A stretch of DNA of 64,000 bases from the human T2T-CHM13v2.0 reference genome, Homo sapiens. Numbering within the stretch: position 1 is the stretch's first letter; each line of letters opens with the position of its first letter. This document shows positions 27,421-42,324 of this stretch, piece by piece. The notes beneath the pieces are model-generated. The model worked only from the letters and a program-made list of their open reading frames with translations. It did not search any database and had not been told where the DNA came from. The position numbers and the translations under genes were made by a program. The stretch lies in the NCBI RefSeq assembly GCF_009914755.1, contig NC_060944.1; one strand, given 5' to 3'.

Positions 27421-28559
27421 GTCACACCCATGAGCCATAGCTAACTCTTTTCTGTTACCCTCCAATTTTTTTTTTAACGAAGCTTATCTTCCTTAATCAA
27501 TTGCAAAGTAGGACCTTTAAGGACCTTTAAGCTCCTACTTCAAGACATTCTACCCTGTTAAGCCAAAAGCAATAACGTAACCTTCGTTCATTGATTTATA
27601 ATTTTGTCTATAACTTCTGCTTTCCTAAAATTTACCCTTGTCTTTAAAAACCTTTGCTTGTATGCCATCAGGGAGGTCAAATCTTAAGCATTAGAAGCCT
27701 GGTCCTCCTTACTGGGCTCCCTGCAAATAAACACCCTTCTTTCTTCACTAAAAACCTTCGTGTGGTTATCTGGTCTTACTCCATAGGGCGAATGGACTCT
27801 AGTTGGGTTTCATAACACCAACTTGGTTATAGATATAAGATTTATTTAAATTTCTCTATTTTTCTAAAGTACTGGCACAGAGAAAATAATTTTATCAACT
27901 TACAAATTTATCAATATTTATATGAATTAAACCATGTTCATGTTTTCATCACTGCTATAAGAATTTGGGAGAGGAAAGGTTAAGTAGCTAGAGAACAAAT
28001 CAAAGCCTGAAGAAGACATTTCCAATGTAACTTGTTCTAGCTACACTTGAAATGGAAGTTGAGGAAAATCAACTGTGAACAAACAAGTTAGTCCATTGGG
28101 AAGTCATTAAGATTTACCTCCTTCCGTGAGTCAAATGTTCTAGGGAGCCATTATCATTTTTTCCCTCAGCTTATCAAACTGCACAAAGAGAAACAAGGTA
28201 ATTCCTTTACAGACTCCTCAGAGAAAGCCCAGTGGCTCCACCTTTAATGGCATTACTGTAAACCTCCTGAGACATTGTCAGTCAGTCTTCCAGGGACAGA
28301 ATTAATCTCTGCTGGAGATCTTTGCTGGACTTTATTCTAGATTGTTTACCCTGGTTTTATTCTTCGGAAAAGTCAGTAAATCTCAGGTACTATTGTGGGA
28401 CTCAGATTCACAAATTTCTCCATCATTTTAGCTACACAACTGCATGTCAAAGGGAGGCATCACTTCATCTTTGGGGTTGTTCTCTTTTCTGTTGCTTCAG
28501 GGATTGATCATGCATGTACCATCAGTCAAAGAGTGCCATTGTTTTAAAATGATCAGGAA

Positions 28560-29075
28560 CAACGAAACATGGAGTTGGAAAGAACCATTCACTTCAGTTC
28601 AGTTTAATTAAACAAATAATTACTGTGCACAATCTACATGCCAGAAAAACATTCTAGGTGCTTAAAATCTAGAATTGACCAAGAGGACTTAATTCCTCAT
28701 GGATTTTAAAATATATTCAAACTTAGACGCTATATTCTACATCATTCTCACTTTGCAGAAGGAAAACTGACATTCAAAGAGCTTAATGACTATCTTTTTT
28801 TAAAAAAAGTATTTATTATTAAGTGCTTTTATTTGGGTGCCACTAAAAAAATAATTACCTCAATTAAGAAAGATAGCAGAAATCAAATCCAGCCAGATAT
28901 ATATTATATATGTCACATGGTAAAATGTGAGTGAAACCAGAACCTATTTCCATCTCCAACATTAGCTGTGACATATATCTTTTATAGCTTCACTTTTCCT
29001 TCTAGAAAACTGAGATAATAAAGCTTGATCTCTCTGTACTTTTCACAATGTTGTCAAATGAATTACATTATGACC
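28560..29075. mobile_element. Mixed MIR and L2 fragments (contains the donor of the 240-bp duplication)
   Basis: aaacaaataattactgtgcacaatctacatgccag (L2 end); gcagaaggaaaactga and ctgagataataaag (MIR). Confidence 0.55.
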
Positions 29076-29345
29076 TGTGGCTGATAAAAAAAATTTAACC
29101 TTTAGATTAAGGATAATTTGAATAATTTTGATGGATAACTGTTAGCAAACATTTTACCAAATTTATCAAGCACAGGATTGAATGATTTTCAATAAAAAGA
29201 TTTAGTACCTTGCATATAGTTTATAACTTCCCATTCTCTGCAAAGTGTAAACAAGCAATTATTTAAATGTCATTGAAAGATTTTCTGGGTAAAGTAAATA
29301 AAGTGCTCTGCAACTATTCAGTATTTTTGTGCTTCACAGGAATGA

Positions 29346-29688
<343 letters not shown>

Positions 29689-30537
29689 TATTGCAGTGTA
29701 CTTTCTAAAGATAGGTTTTGGGGATTTCGTTTAAGGAAAATAAAAGGAAAACATGGTAAGGGAAAAAAGAGGAAGATAGTACAATTTGCATACTTAACTT
29801 TTAGAGGAGATTTGATTGTCTTAATGTCTGATGATAACCTTCTATTAGCTATGCACAGAGACAGGTCTCTTTGATGCCTTGACATACAGTCCATGTGGAT
29901 TTAGACCTAACAGTAACTAAGTAAGACCTAATGATGCCCAATGTCTCAGCCAACTGCCTATGACTAATATTTCCTTAAATGTGGGATAAAGATAGTTATG
30001 CATGCACAATTTCTTTGTAAGTTTATTGTTGTGTCAAAGGTTGATTTTTACCAAGACTGAGGTCATTAATTCAGCTTTGGGACTTGACTGTATCCTTTTT
30101 TTTTTTTTTTTAAACTTGAAATTGCTGGTAACAAAAAAGGGAGCAAGTATTTACCTTTTATTTTAGGCCAGATCAATTCTATTCTCTGCCAATTTTCTTC
30201 CTCATCTCCCATAAAGTATAAAGGGACTGTCCTTATTACTATTACTGGTAATAGCTATTTGCTTGTAATAGCATAATAATCCAAAATTCTTTATTGTAAT
30301 AAACTAGTGAGCAGTTAAGACAATTGAGTACTCTTTTTATAAATGTGAAAACCAAAAGTCAGAGAGATTTCCTGACATCTTCAAGGTTGCTTCATCAGTT
30401 TGCAGTTGGTCTGATTTAGAACACACGACTGTCTACTTATCTAAATGCTCATTCCACTCAACCAATAGTTCTCAATGTGTGGTACCCAGATCAGTAGCAT
30501 CAGCATCTCCTGGAAGCTTGCTGTGTGCCAACCTATG

Positions 30538-31252
<715 letters not shown>

Positions 31253-31690
31253 CTAGGTTAGACAGAGTAAGAGCCTGGCAAAGACATCCGCATCTTAATT
31301 CCCTGAACCTGCAAATAGTTACTTTGCATGGCAAAGGGACTTCGCAGGTATGTTAAGAATTTTGAGATGGAAAGATTATCCTGGGTTATTTGGATTGACC
31401 CAGTGTAATTGCAAGGGTCCTAAAAAGAGAAAAGCGGGAGGACCACAGAGGGAAAGGAAACGTGGTGATAGAAGTAGAGCTCAGAGTGATGCAGGAAAGG
31501 CAGGTGACTTCTGGAAGGTAGAAAAGGCAAGGAAACAGATTCTCCACTGGAGTATCCAGAAGGAATGCAGCCCAGCTGACCTACCTTGGACATCTTCCCT
31601 CTATAACAGTAACATTATACATTTGTGTTGTTTTAAGACATTAAAATTGTTGCAGTTTCTTATAGCAGTAGTAGAAAATCTAAGAGACAT
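31253..31690 (+). mobile_element. MLT1C/D MaLR LTR
   Basis: catggcaaagggacttcgcag...gagatggaaagattatcctgg...gaaaaggcaaggaaacagattctcc...catttgtgttgttttaag. Confidence 0.88.
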
Positions 31691-32384
31691 GAAAATTGGA
31701 CCTTCAGTATTTTAACAAGCCCACTAGGTAATTTTGGTGGATGGTGAAATGGGAGAATCTGCTCTAAATTATTCAGTAGAAACGTTAATATGCCGACAAA
31801 GTTGTGTTACGAAGAGTTTGTTAATGAAATAAACACATGGAAAAAAAACTTAAAGAGAACTCTGCAGAGGCCCAAGGGCATCAAGAAGAGATTAGGCATC
31901 CAGCTAGGCAAGCAAATAGAGAAAGAACCCTGGGGCAGGCAGGAGGTAAAGAAAATTATCCATGTCAATGCAGTGATGAGATGCAGGCAAAATGGTCTGA
32001 CTCAGGACTTCTGTCTCTACCTAGCTGTGTGATTCTGCAGACTTACTGTGGGTCTTTATTTCATCATCTAAAAAAAAATGAAAGAGATCAAATTTATAAC
32101 TTAAAGTCTCCAATACTTAAATACATTTTTTTTATATTTAATTGGGAGTCCATGGAAAGTGGTCTGAAGTCAAAAAACAAATCTTATTTTTTACTCAACT
32201 CTAATTGAAATATAACATGTCCTTGAATTATGAAAGTAAATGATAGCCCATAGTAGTAAAGGCAGAAACTGTTTTGTAGTTACCAATAGAAATCACAGGT
32301 AGGTTCTTATTACATTATAATTATTGCAGATTCTCTTAATTTCCTTTGTACTCATCACTGTTTTAAAATTATTGTAGTACCTTG

Positions 32385-35030
32385 CTGATCAATAAATGTA
32401 TTTCACCACATAAAAAGAATTAAAAACAAAAATTATGTGATCATCTCAATAGGTGCAGAGAAACTTTTCAATAAATCCCAACATCCCTTCATGATAAAAC
32501 CCCTCAACAAACTAGGCATCAAAGGAACATATCACAAAATAATAACAGTCATCTATGACAGACTCACAGCCAACATCATACTGAGCATGAAAAAGCTGGA
32601 AGCATTCTCCTAAGAACTAAAACAAGTCAAGGATGCCCACTCTCACCACTCCTATTCAACACACTAGAGGTCCATCTGGGTGCGGTGGCTCATGCCTGTG
32701 ATCCCAGCACTCTGGTAGGCTGAGGCAGGCAGACAGCTTGAGTCCAGGAGCTCAAGACCAGCTTGAGAAACATGGTAAAACCCCACTATGTTTTATGTAT
32801 TTCTCTACAAAAAATACATAAAAATTAGCCGGGCATGGTGGCACACACCTGTGGTTCCAGCTACTTGGGGTGGGGGGGATCACTTGACCCCAGGAAGGAG
32901 AGGTTTCAGTGAGCCGAGATCTTCAGCCTGAGTAACAGAGCCAGACCCTGCCTCAAACAAAACAAAAACAAAACAAAACAAAAACAGAAAACAAAGTTCT
33001 AGGCAGAGCAACCAGGCAAAAGAAAGAAAGAAAAGGCATATAAATAGCAAAAGAGGAAGTCAAATTATCTCTCTTCTCTGATGATATAATTCTATAGGTA
33101 AAAAACACAAAAGACTTTGCCAAAAGGCTCCCAGACCTGATAAATGACTTCATTAAAGTTTCAAGATACCAAATCAGCTTATAAAAATTAGTAGCATTTC
33201 TATGCATCAATAACACTTAAGCTGAGGGCAATAAAAATGCAATCCAATTTAGAATAGACACACAAAAAAATAAAACACATAGGAGTATATTTAACCAAGG
33301 AGGTGAAAGATCTCTACAAGGAGAACTACAAAATACTTCTGAAACAAATCATAGACAACATAAACAAATGGTAATACATTCCATGCTCATGGATTGGAAG
33401 AATCAATATTGTTAAAATGTTCACATTGCCCAAGGCAATCTACAGATTCAACACTATTCTTATCAAATTACCAATGTCATTTTTGACAGAATTAGAAAAA
33501 AAAGATATTCTAAAATACATAGGGAACCAAAAAGAGCACAAAGAGCTAAAGCAATCCTAAGCAAAAAGAACAAAGCTGAAGGCAGGCACCACATTGACTT
33601 CAAACTATACTATAAAGCTACAGTAACCAAAACAGCATGGTACTGGTTAAAAAAATACAGACATAGATTAATAAACAGAATAGAGAACCTAGAAATAAAG
33701 CCAGACACCTACAAGCTACTGATCTTCGACAAAGTTGACAAAAATAAGCAATAGAGAAAGGACTGCCTATTCAACAGTTGGTGCTAGAAAACCTGGCTAA
33801 CTATACACAGAAGAATGAAACTGGACTCCTGCTTATCACTGTATACAAAACTTAACTCAAGAGGGATCAAATACTTAAATGTAAAACCTCAAACTATCAA
33901 AATCCTAGAAGAAAGCCTAGGAAATACCCTTCTGGACAGCGACCTAGGTGAAGAATTTGTAACTAAATCCCTGAAAGCAATTGCAACAAAAACAAAAATT
34001 GACAAATGGGACCTAATTAAACTAAAGAGCTTCTACACGGCAAAATAAACTATCAACAGAGTAAACATACAACATACTGAATGGGAGAAAATATCTGCAA
34101 ACTATGCATCTGACAAAGCATTAATATTCAGAACTTAGAGGAAACAAACAAATCAACAAGGAAAAAAATTAAAAAGTGGTCAAAGGTCATAAACACACAC
34201 TTCTCAAAAGAAGACATAAAACAGCCAAGAAACATGTTTAAAAATGTTCCACATAACTAATCATCAGAGAAACGTAATTCAAAACCACAAGGAGAAACCA
34301 TCTCGAACCAGTCAGAACGGATTATTAAAATGTCAAAAAATAATACATTGGGAAGACTATGGTGAAAAGGGAACATTTATACATTGTTCATGGGAATATA
34401 AATTGGTTCAGCCACTGTAGAAAGTAGTATGAAAATTTCTCAAAGAACTAAAAATAGAACTATCATTTAGTCCCATCAACCCCATTGTTGGATATATACC
34501 CAAAGGAAAATAAATTATTCCACCAAAAAGACATCTGTGCCTGTATGTTTATCACAGCACTAACTACAATAGCAAAGACACAGAATCAGTCTAGGTACCC
34601 ATCAACCCACTGGACTGGATAAAGAAAATGTGGTATACATATACCATGGAATACTATACAGCCATAAAAAATAACAAAATCATGTCTTTTGCAGCAACAT
34701 GCATGCAGCTAGAGGCCATTATCCTAAGTGAATTTAACACAAAACAGAAAACCAAATATCACATGTTCTCACTTACAAGTAGTGGCTAAATCTCGGGTAA
34801 CATGAGCATAAAGTTGGGAACAATAGAGACTGGGAACTAGAAGAGAGGGAAGGAAGGGAGGTGATAAAGGGATGAAAAGTTTCCTATTGGATACTATGTT
34901 CACTAGTTGGGTGACATGATCAACAGAAGCCCAATCTTAGTATGACACAGTACACTCTTCTAACAAACTGTAACCAACCTGCATATGTACCCCCTCAATC
35001 TAAAATTAAAATTAAAAAATAAAATAAAAT
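32385..35030 (+). mobile_element. 5'-truncated LINE-1 (L1PA15/16-like) with nested Alu
   Basis: ORF2 remnants (33815-34048 [15 protein letters not shown]); 3'UTR ...cctgcatatgtacccc.caatctaaaa; degenerate TSD aaaattattgtagta / aaaataatgatagta. Confidence 0.93.
32675..32994 (+). mobile_element. AluJ-like element in L1, with (AAAAC)n tail
   Basis: Degenerate dimeric Alu with internal deletions. Confidence 0.9.
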
Positions 35031-35580
35031 AATGATAGTAGATGCATCACTAGATCCTTATTATACAACGCACTGATATAGTAACACATGTATTTCTTTT
35101 TTACAAATTTATCTTTTTACATTTAGATAACTATCTTTATAAAAGCTTGTTTTTTAAAGCTATCTATGTATGCATACATATATATGTATGTGTATTGATA
35201 TTTAAAAAATCCTATTCTGAGAAACATTTCATAGACTCCGTACAGGCTGCCCATGGGATTCATTATAAGAAAACTAAGGCATAACTTCTGATATCATGTG
35301 TGTCTCAAAATATGATGTAATAGAAACAAGAAAGATATCCTTATAACGCATTTACAAATGAAGAAACAGAGAAAAAGAAGGCAAAACCTTGTTTAAAGTC
35401 ACTTAAATAAAACTAGATAAGCCAAGGGCCTGGATTCTTTTCTATATTCTCTCATATGTCCACCTGCATATCTCTGACACTTCCAGATGCCAAACTGGTA
35501 TGAGTTCTACCTAGTTACAAATCTCTGAAATCCCATCTTTGCTTCTGAATTATACTAAATTATACATATCAAAAAACTCA

Positions 35581-35868
35581 GGCCTGGCACAGTGGCTCAC
35601 ACCAGTAAGCCCAGAACTTTGGAAGGCAGAGGCGGGCAGATCACTTGAGTCCAGGAGGTCAAGACTAGCCTGGACAACATGGAGAAACCCCATCTCTACA
35701 AAAATAAAGAAATTAGCTGGGTGAGTGCCTGTAGTTTCAGCTACTCAGGAGGCTAAGGTGGGAGAATCACTTGAGCCCAGGAGGTGGAGGTTGCAGTGAG
35801 CTGAGATCGCTCTCTGCGCTCTGGCCTGGGTGACAGAGCAAGACACTGTCTAAAAACAAACAAACAAA
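35581..35868 (+). mobile_element. AluJ-like element
   Basis: Full diverged Alu; (AAAC)n tail. Confidence 0.93.
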
Positions 35869-36689
35869 CTTAGGGAAGATGCTCTAAATGCTTTGAGAAG
35901 AAGCCTGTGCCAAGTTTCTAATCTCCCTTAGTTGTACTGGCTTCAAAGTCAGTTAGTGGTTTAGAGATACTTCCCACAGAATGAGCTCAACTCTCAGCTA
36001 GGGACAAGAAAAATAACAAACTCTGATATAGGCAATACGACAGTTGAAAAGATGACTTTGAAATCGGATACAATCCACTGAACAGCTTTCCACAGTGTGT
36101 TTTGCTCCGACCATACTGTATTGCTTGAAGGAACTTTGAAGTCCACATTCAAATCTGCAACTGTTTGAGTGTGATGCAATAAGATACCCTAGGAAATTAC
36201 GGTGGATAGATGAGTTAGCCTCCTGGATACCCAATGATAGATGAACCATGCACTCTTGGGAATTCATGAGTAGTTCAAATGATCCTCCAAAATGTTATCT
36301 GTTCATCCAGAGCTTATTTAAATCATCTGAATTTCATCACCATCCAAAATTCAGCTGACACTCATATGAGGATTTCCTTTCCCATGCAATTTCTCTTTCC
36401 ACTCTCAGCCAGAAATAGTCCACACACTTTCTGAAGGTCAGACAGCTGACAGGTCTCAAGAGGGCTGGAAAGCAAAAACAAGCCAAAAAGTAAATAGCAA
36501 TGTATTCAATGTAAAATCTAGTTGTAGAGAGTTAACTTCCCAAGTGAATATTGCAGACCTTTATATATTGTGCTGTGGCAATATCTGTAAAGGATGCTAT
36601 AAGCATGGCCACTTTAATGTACTTGTAGTGGAAAATAATACCTCATTTATTCTTGCTGCATTATCCAAAATCCAGATTATACCATGAAA

Positions 36690-37150
36690 TAGCAAAATAG
36701 AAGAGTTGGGAAGTTTAGAAAAAATAGTCACAGAGATGAGTAAGACCTGGTGATTTAAATCTACAAGGAAACATTCAAAGAACCAGGACTATTCATCATG
36801 GAGAAGAAAAAACTGAGGGCAACTGAGAAGCATACTACCTAAGAATAAATGAAATAAAACCAAAAGGAAAAAATATCTTAGGCAAGATTAGAGAGCGACT
36901 GTGGTTCACTTATCCTGAGATCAAAACCAAAGGAAAACATTATAAAGTGCTCTGAGAAACTGTCTGATCTTCAACTTGTTCACTTTCAGGGTAATTACTA
37001 TGGGAAAGTATAAAATCTCCTCTCTGCAAATCTCTATTGAAATATTATTTTCTATCTGACATCATTTAAAGATGACTTATCTTGATTTAAGAAAATGGGC
37101 AAGATTTTCCAAGTTCCCTTATAATTAATAAATTCCTATATTCTGTATGT
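36690..37150 (+). mobile_element. L3/CR1 3' fragment
   Basis: ggactattcatcatggagaagaaaaaactgaggg and terminal aagttccctt...attctgt resemble CR1/L3. Confidence 0.5.
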
Positions 37151-37459
37151 TATCCTGTGATAAGAACAAATGCAATCACCAAGGAACCCTGCCTATATAA
37201 ATTGCCATGTTTAAAGAGGTATCCTATTAAGAAATAATGATATAAAATGGAGATCCCAGCTAGTGAAGGGTAAAAAAAGTCTGCACTGAGAAAGAAGCAT
37301 AGTGTGCCCCCGAATCGTTTCTCAGACTCACCTTCTAATATGCTGAAGTTGTTACATAACATTTGGTTTTAATATAGAATGTCGTGATTCACACAGACAC
37401 AGTTATCTGTCTTATGATATCCGGTGAAATTAAGTGGGAAATATTAAAATAACATTGGG

Positions 37460-37790
37460 TATGGCGGTAATATTAACTGCTCAATTTTTCAAAAAAATCC
37501 ATGAGCTTCTTCACATTTCATAGCCCTCTGGATTTTCTGTGGGGTCATGTCACTAGTTTTACCAATAGCCTGTGAACAGAAGTGCCATGTCTCATTTCCA
37601 GGTCAAAATATACAGGATGAGGTGTAATTTCTTCACATGTTTCCTCCATGAGGCTGTGATTCACATAGGAACTATGCGCTAAGAAGGCAGCACTGGAAGG
37701 CAAATACTGATTGAGTTGTTGCATTCTTGGTGTGAGTAATAAATAGAATTTGAAGAGTTAAACATCACCTACTTATCCTGACTTATAGCT
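37460..37790 (+). mobile_element. Old MLT1 LTR fragment
   Basis: ggggtcatgtcactagttttaccaatagcctgtgaacagaagtg motif. Confidence 0.6.
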
Positions 37791-38327
37791 GCAGTAATTC
37801 TTGAGTAATAGTTGAGATAAAAACATTTCCACTCTACTCTCAATTTTCCCAATAACCACTCCTGTAAAGAAACAGCATCACTAATTGTTGACTAAGGGTG
37901 GGGAGATGCTTTTTTACCCACTGATTGATGGTTAGTTAGGCATTTTATTATTTAATATTACAAACATTTGTATAGAGCATACTATAGAATAAAGAAAATG
38001 TGTATTTTGCTATAGTAGAAAAATTATTTAAGCACTTTTAGGCTCAGGTTTTGGAGTAAATACTATCCATAGAATTGTGAAGCACTAAGATTCTGGTTGA
38101 AGAAAAGTAACAAACATAGAGTTTTATAGAGTAAACAATGTACTCACCACCACCATTATCGTTTTCTCTCTCTAATTCTCATGATTCTTTGAGATCAGGA
38201 TTTGTATCCCCACTTTACAACAAAAAATCTTGCTTAACAAGAAAAAAATGGAATTAGGGCTTAAGTCTAGATCTAGATCTCTTATTTACAGGATACATCT
38301 ACCATGCACTGAGAGTGTTTCCTCACT

Positions 38328-38720
38328 GTGTCACCAGGGTCCTGACAGAAACTCAAATAGGGCAAAGTAAATGGGATTTAATAAATGAACAGTTCAAAGG
38401 TATAAAAATGTGGATAAGGGAAATCACAGGGAAGATGAAACACCCAACAGGTTGAAATAGCAGGGAAGCCTCCAGAACCTTAGACATGAAGGCACACACT
38501 TGAGGCCCTTGATAAGGAAATGACCACCATCAACCTGTGTTCTCTCTCCCCAACAATTGAGAGTTTCTTACCTGTGGCTTCCATTGCTCCAATACAACTG
38601 AGGATACAGGGCAAAGGAGCCTGGTTTATGCTGTCCATTCTGGTCAGCCTCCTGTGGCAGAGTAGGGTACACAAGGTAGGGGTGAATCCAGAAGGACAAA
38701 GAGAGATTACCCAGCCTACA
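38328..38720 (-). mobile_element. ERVL-class LTR (LTR33-like)
   Basis: gtgaatccagaaggacaaagagagattacccagc terminus; ctcccattg-type core (from memory). Confidence 0.5.
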
Positions 38721-39371
38721 TGTCAATCACTTTCATATATAGATAAACCACTTGGACACATCTGTATTGGAAAGAAATATATCTCCATGAAAGGCAACCT
38801 GAAAATATAATTAAAAATGAAATTGAGTCAGGTATGAACCATTTCCTAGGCAAGGATTTTTTCATATATTAGTCAGAGAACACAGCTGGTTGTGAAAGAG
38901 AAGAGCCTTCTGAATTTGAGCAGGTGTATGATTCTGATGAAAATAAGGATATGAGTCAAGAAAAACAGATGAAAGAAAGAAAACTGTTGAATGAGGAGGG
39001 GTAAGGAATTGAGGAAGAGTATGGTTGTATGACTTGGGAAAGGCAGATGGAAGGCTGACATGATCATGATGGAAAGACAGCTGGAGTTAAGACCTTGTTG
39101 ATAATAAATACACATAACATGTTTTATTTTAGTTATTATATGTAGTCTTATGGAAAAATAAGTCTCTATTTATTCACAATAATGGGGCATGCTAGCTTTT
39201 AAAATAATGAGTTCTGAGTAAATTAACTTGACAAAGATAAGATGAGGGCAAGTAAAAATTCTATAATGCCTGCATTCTCTCTTTTCTCCTATCTCTGTTT
39301 AATACAGCCCAATTATATTTCCATGAGGATATAATAAGACAAGAGATTTCATTTAAGAAGGGGGATTGGGT

Positions 39372-39373
<2 letters not shown>

Positions 39374-39405
<32 letters not shown>
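39374..39405. repeat. (GA)n microsatellite
   Basis: About 16 perfect GA units. Confidence 0.97.
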
Positions 39406-39408
<3 letters not shown>

Positions 39409-39877
39409 TCTAGCAAAAATCCAGGGATTATAAAGATGAATTCAACCTTTGACTCAGTTTCATGGTATCTGAAACCCAGACAAGAGTTTTCATCTATTCT
39501 TCTGAGGACAGTTCCAGAGATTAGCTGTGAGGCATTATCTGTATAATAAGACAACTTTTGTTCACAATGAAGTTCTGCCCTTCATCTTCCCATCACCTCT
39601 CCCAGAGCACTGAAGAACTTCGTTCCAGCCCATTTTTTTTAGGCTCATGAGTCTACCCTTAAAATCATTTCACCCTCCATCTCCTCTTCCCTTATTAAGT
39701 AGGATTTATAAGCATCTGGACCTCATTGAGTTATTGGGTAATCACATTCATGTGATTTTTTCCTCATGCATATTAATAAATTTTGTAAACATTTTTCTCC
39801 TATTAATCCACCTTTTATCAGCTCATTTTCAGTGAACCATCCGTAAGCAGTGAGGATGCTTTCCCTCTACCTCTACA
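39406..39877 (+). mobile_element. ERV1 LTR (MER34-group-like)
   Basis: attaataaattttgta...ttttctcctattaatc...ttttcagtgaacc...cctctaca 3' end. Confidence 0.65.
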
Positions 39878-41051
39878 GATTAGTAGGAGGTGTTGAAAAC
39901 AAATCCCATTTCTCATTTTCATTGATGGTTCACTGTATGAGTGAGTAGTATCTGCACAGAAGAGTTCATGACCCAGGAGTAAGATTCAATCTTTAGAAAC
40001 CCTTGCTCATCTCAAAGAATGTTTGAAAATAATTGCACTAGTCAATTCCTCTAAACACTAGGTGGCTTCACACTAAAACCTCATCTCATTTTTAGCTTTT
40101 CCAGATTTGCTGGCAGATTTAGCAACAGCAGGTTTGCACTCCTAACATAGCAACCCCATGGAGGGTGCAGGTAACGCTGTGCTCTTTAGATGAGGCACCT
40201 GTTCTCATCTAGAACTAACTGCTAACAAGCTATATATCTTAGTATAGCTTTAATCCTTCTATACTAACAGTCTTACTCCACTCACATTCAATTCTATTTT
40301 CTGCCAGATCCCTCCTGACATTTGATGTTGTCAACAATAATTCAGACTATTGTGACATATGATGTATTATAATTATGGGCTTATGTTATGGACAAAATCA
40401 TACTCTCAGAGAACCCACAAACGGTTCCAGTACAGAATTATTTAAGGTTCCATTAAGACCAAAGTAAATTATTGCAGTGCTGGCCAACAATCTAGATGAC
40501 CTACTTAGGAAAAGGCATAGTTGCCCAAACTGTTGTTGCTTTTTTACAATTTTTATTTTTTACTAAGACTTGGTTCTTCCAATATACCACTAAAGTCATC
40601 TGGGCATGGAGTTCATTTGAAATTAATGAATGATCCAAAGGCAGATGAATTTATGTCAGAAGTAGGCCAGTTTTACCATGTAAACAGTATTACCAAATAT
40701 TGTTTTCTGTTCCGAAATAAATGTTGCCCAATTAAGCATCAAAGTGACAATATACATTTGGCTGTTATTTGCTTTCCAGAATCATCTGGCTCCGTCTTTT
40801 CATTGTATCTGGGTGTTCCTGTCATCTTGACATTCAGGCCAGTCCTGAAGTTGCACAATGCAAGTTGAGGAAGCAAAAGAACCACTACTTAAATTGGTCC
40901 ATGCAGATTTCTCCTGACCATTGTGGTTATTTGTTAGGATTCTCCATTGCCTGGGGTCTTTTTGTTTTGACTTTACTGTACAGCCAGAGTTGTATGGCTG
41001 CCCCATGAAATAAATTTAGTTTCTGTATCAGTAGCCACATTAGAGACTACC

Positions 41052-41535
41052 AAGAGTTCTTAAACATTTGTGGTGCCATGGACCCATGTTGTCAGGTAAA
41101 GCCCATGGATCTATCTCAAAATCATGTTTCTAAATGCATAAAATAAAGTACATAGGATTACAAACAAGCAATTACACTGAAATATAGTCATCAAGATATT
41201 AAAACATGATATATTCAAATATATTTTATATGTTATATGCTGATTCATTACTATGTTAAATATAAATATTTTAAAGTATTATAATAATTATCATAATTTC
41301 AAAGTCTGGATGTACTTAATGATATTCTGAGATATTTACAACCACCATTCTATGAGATGACAATATCAGGAGTCCTTTTAAAGTGTGGTTTGCTGCCTAT
41401 ATTAACAATTGAAGGAAATGCTAAATTTCATTTAGAGTATGGTAAAAATAAAGATTTTTTTTCCATTCAAGTGCATAGAACCCTTGAATTCTATTCACAG
41501 ACCCTTTGGAGGTTTATGAACCTTAGGTTCAGGAA
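41052..41535 (-). mobile_element. hAT-Charlie (Charlie4a-like) element
   Basis: gagttcttaa...gccatggaccc...gaaggaaatgctaaatttca; reverse complement of the family at 32.1/35.1 kb. Confidence 0.7.
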
Positions 41536-41935
41536 GGATCTATTCAAATCTAGATTACTGCCGTAAAAATCAAACACTTCTGCTGAACCAAGTCACTTTA
41601 GTGGAAAGAGAAGACTGGTGTGGAGTGAGTTTGGAAAACACCTCAATCTATTGAGCCGTTCAGAGACTAAAACATATATTAATATAGGTTTTTAATAATA
41701 ATAGCAAGCATCCTATCTTCTATTAAGTGAAGACAAAAAACTACTACTTAAACTTATTGTTTCCAAATTAGCTGATTGATCTTCCACCCACTGAACTGGC
41801 TGGCTAGTGATTTGTTCTCACGTAAAGGGTTAGAAGCCAGCTTTCCAAATAGGGCTCACTAGTAGGTTTAAGGAGTGAACATAGAACTAATCACAACACA
41901 TAGTTCCATCAGTCTAGCAAGCAAGCTTCGTGTAT

Positions 41936-42324
<389 letters not shown>

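Larger units (their letters stand above)
26014..27817 (+). mobile_element. ERV1 solo LTR (MER39-like) split by a nested LTR
   Basis: tgagacagagccgggaccccctctta...aataaa...cataaca; TG..CA termini; flanks ccag/ccaa. Confidence 0.75.
32135..35290 (+). mobile_element. hAT-Charlie (Charlie4a-like) remnant split by an L1
   Basis: ccaatagaaatcacag...ttacattata.ttattgcaga...ctcatcact before the L1, and cactagatcctta...attctgagaa...tgcccatgggattc after it. Confidence 0.65.

Noticed and set aside
35165-35190. Overlapping 16- and 18-bp perfect palindromes (tatgtatgcatacata; catacatatatatgtatg)
   Set aside because: Expected by-product of TA/TG low-complexity sequence.
35994-36267. Overlapping ORFs with some CpGs, possible processed-pseudogene fragment
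   Set aside because: No protein similarity I can recognise, and no poly-A or TSD. A BLASTX search would be needed to revisit.
40110-40230. Two TAGCAAC (RFX half-site-like) motifs
   Set aside because: Only half sites, not distinguishable from chance without chromatin data.
41052-41535. Inverted similarity to 32.1-32.4 kb and 35.0-35.3 kb as a third local duplication
   Set aside because: Similarity is confined to the Charlie-like element and is highly diverged, so these are independent insertions of one family.
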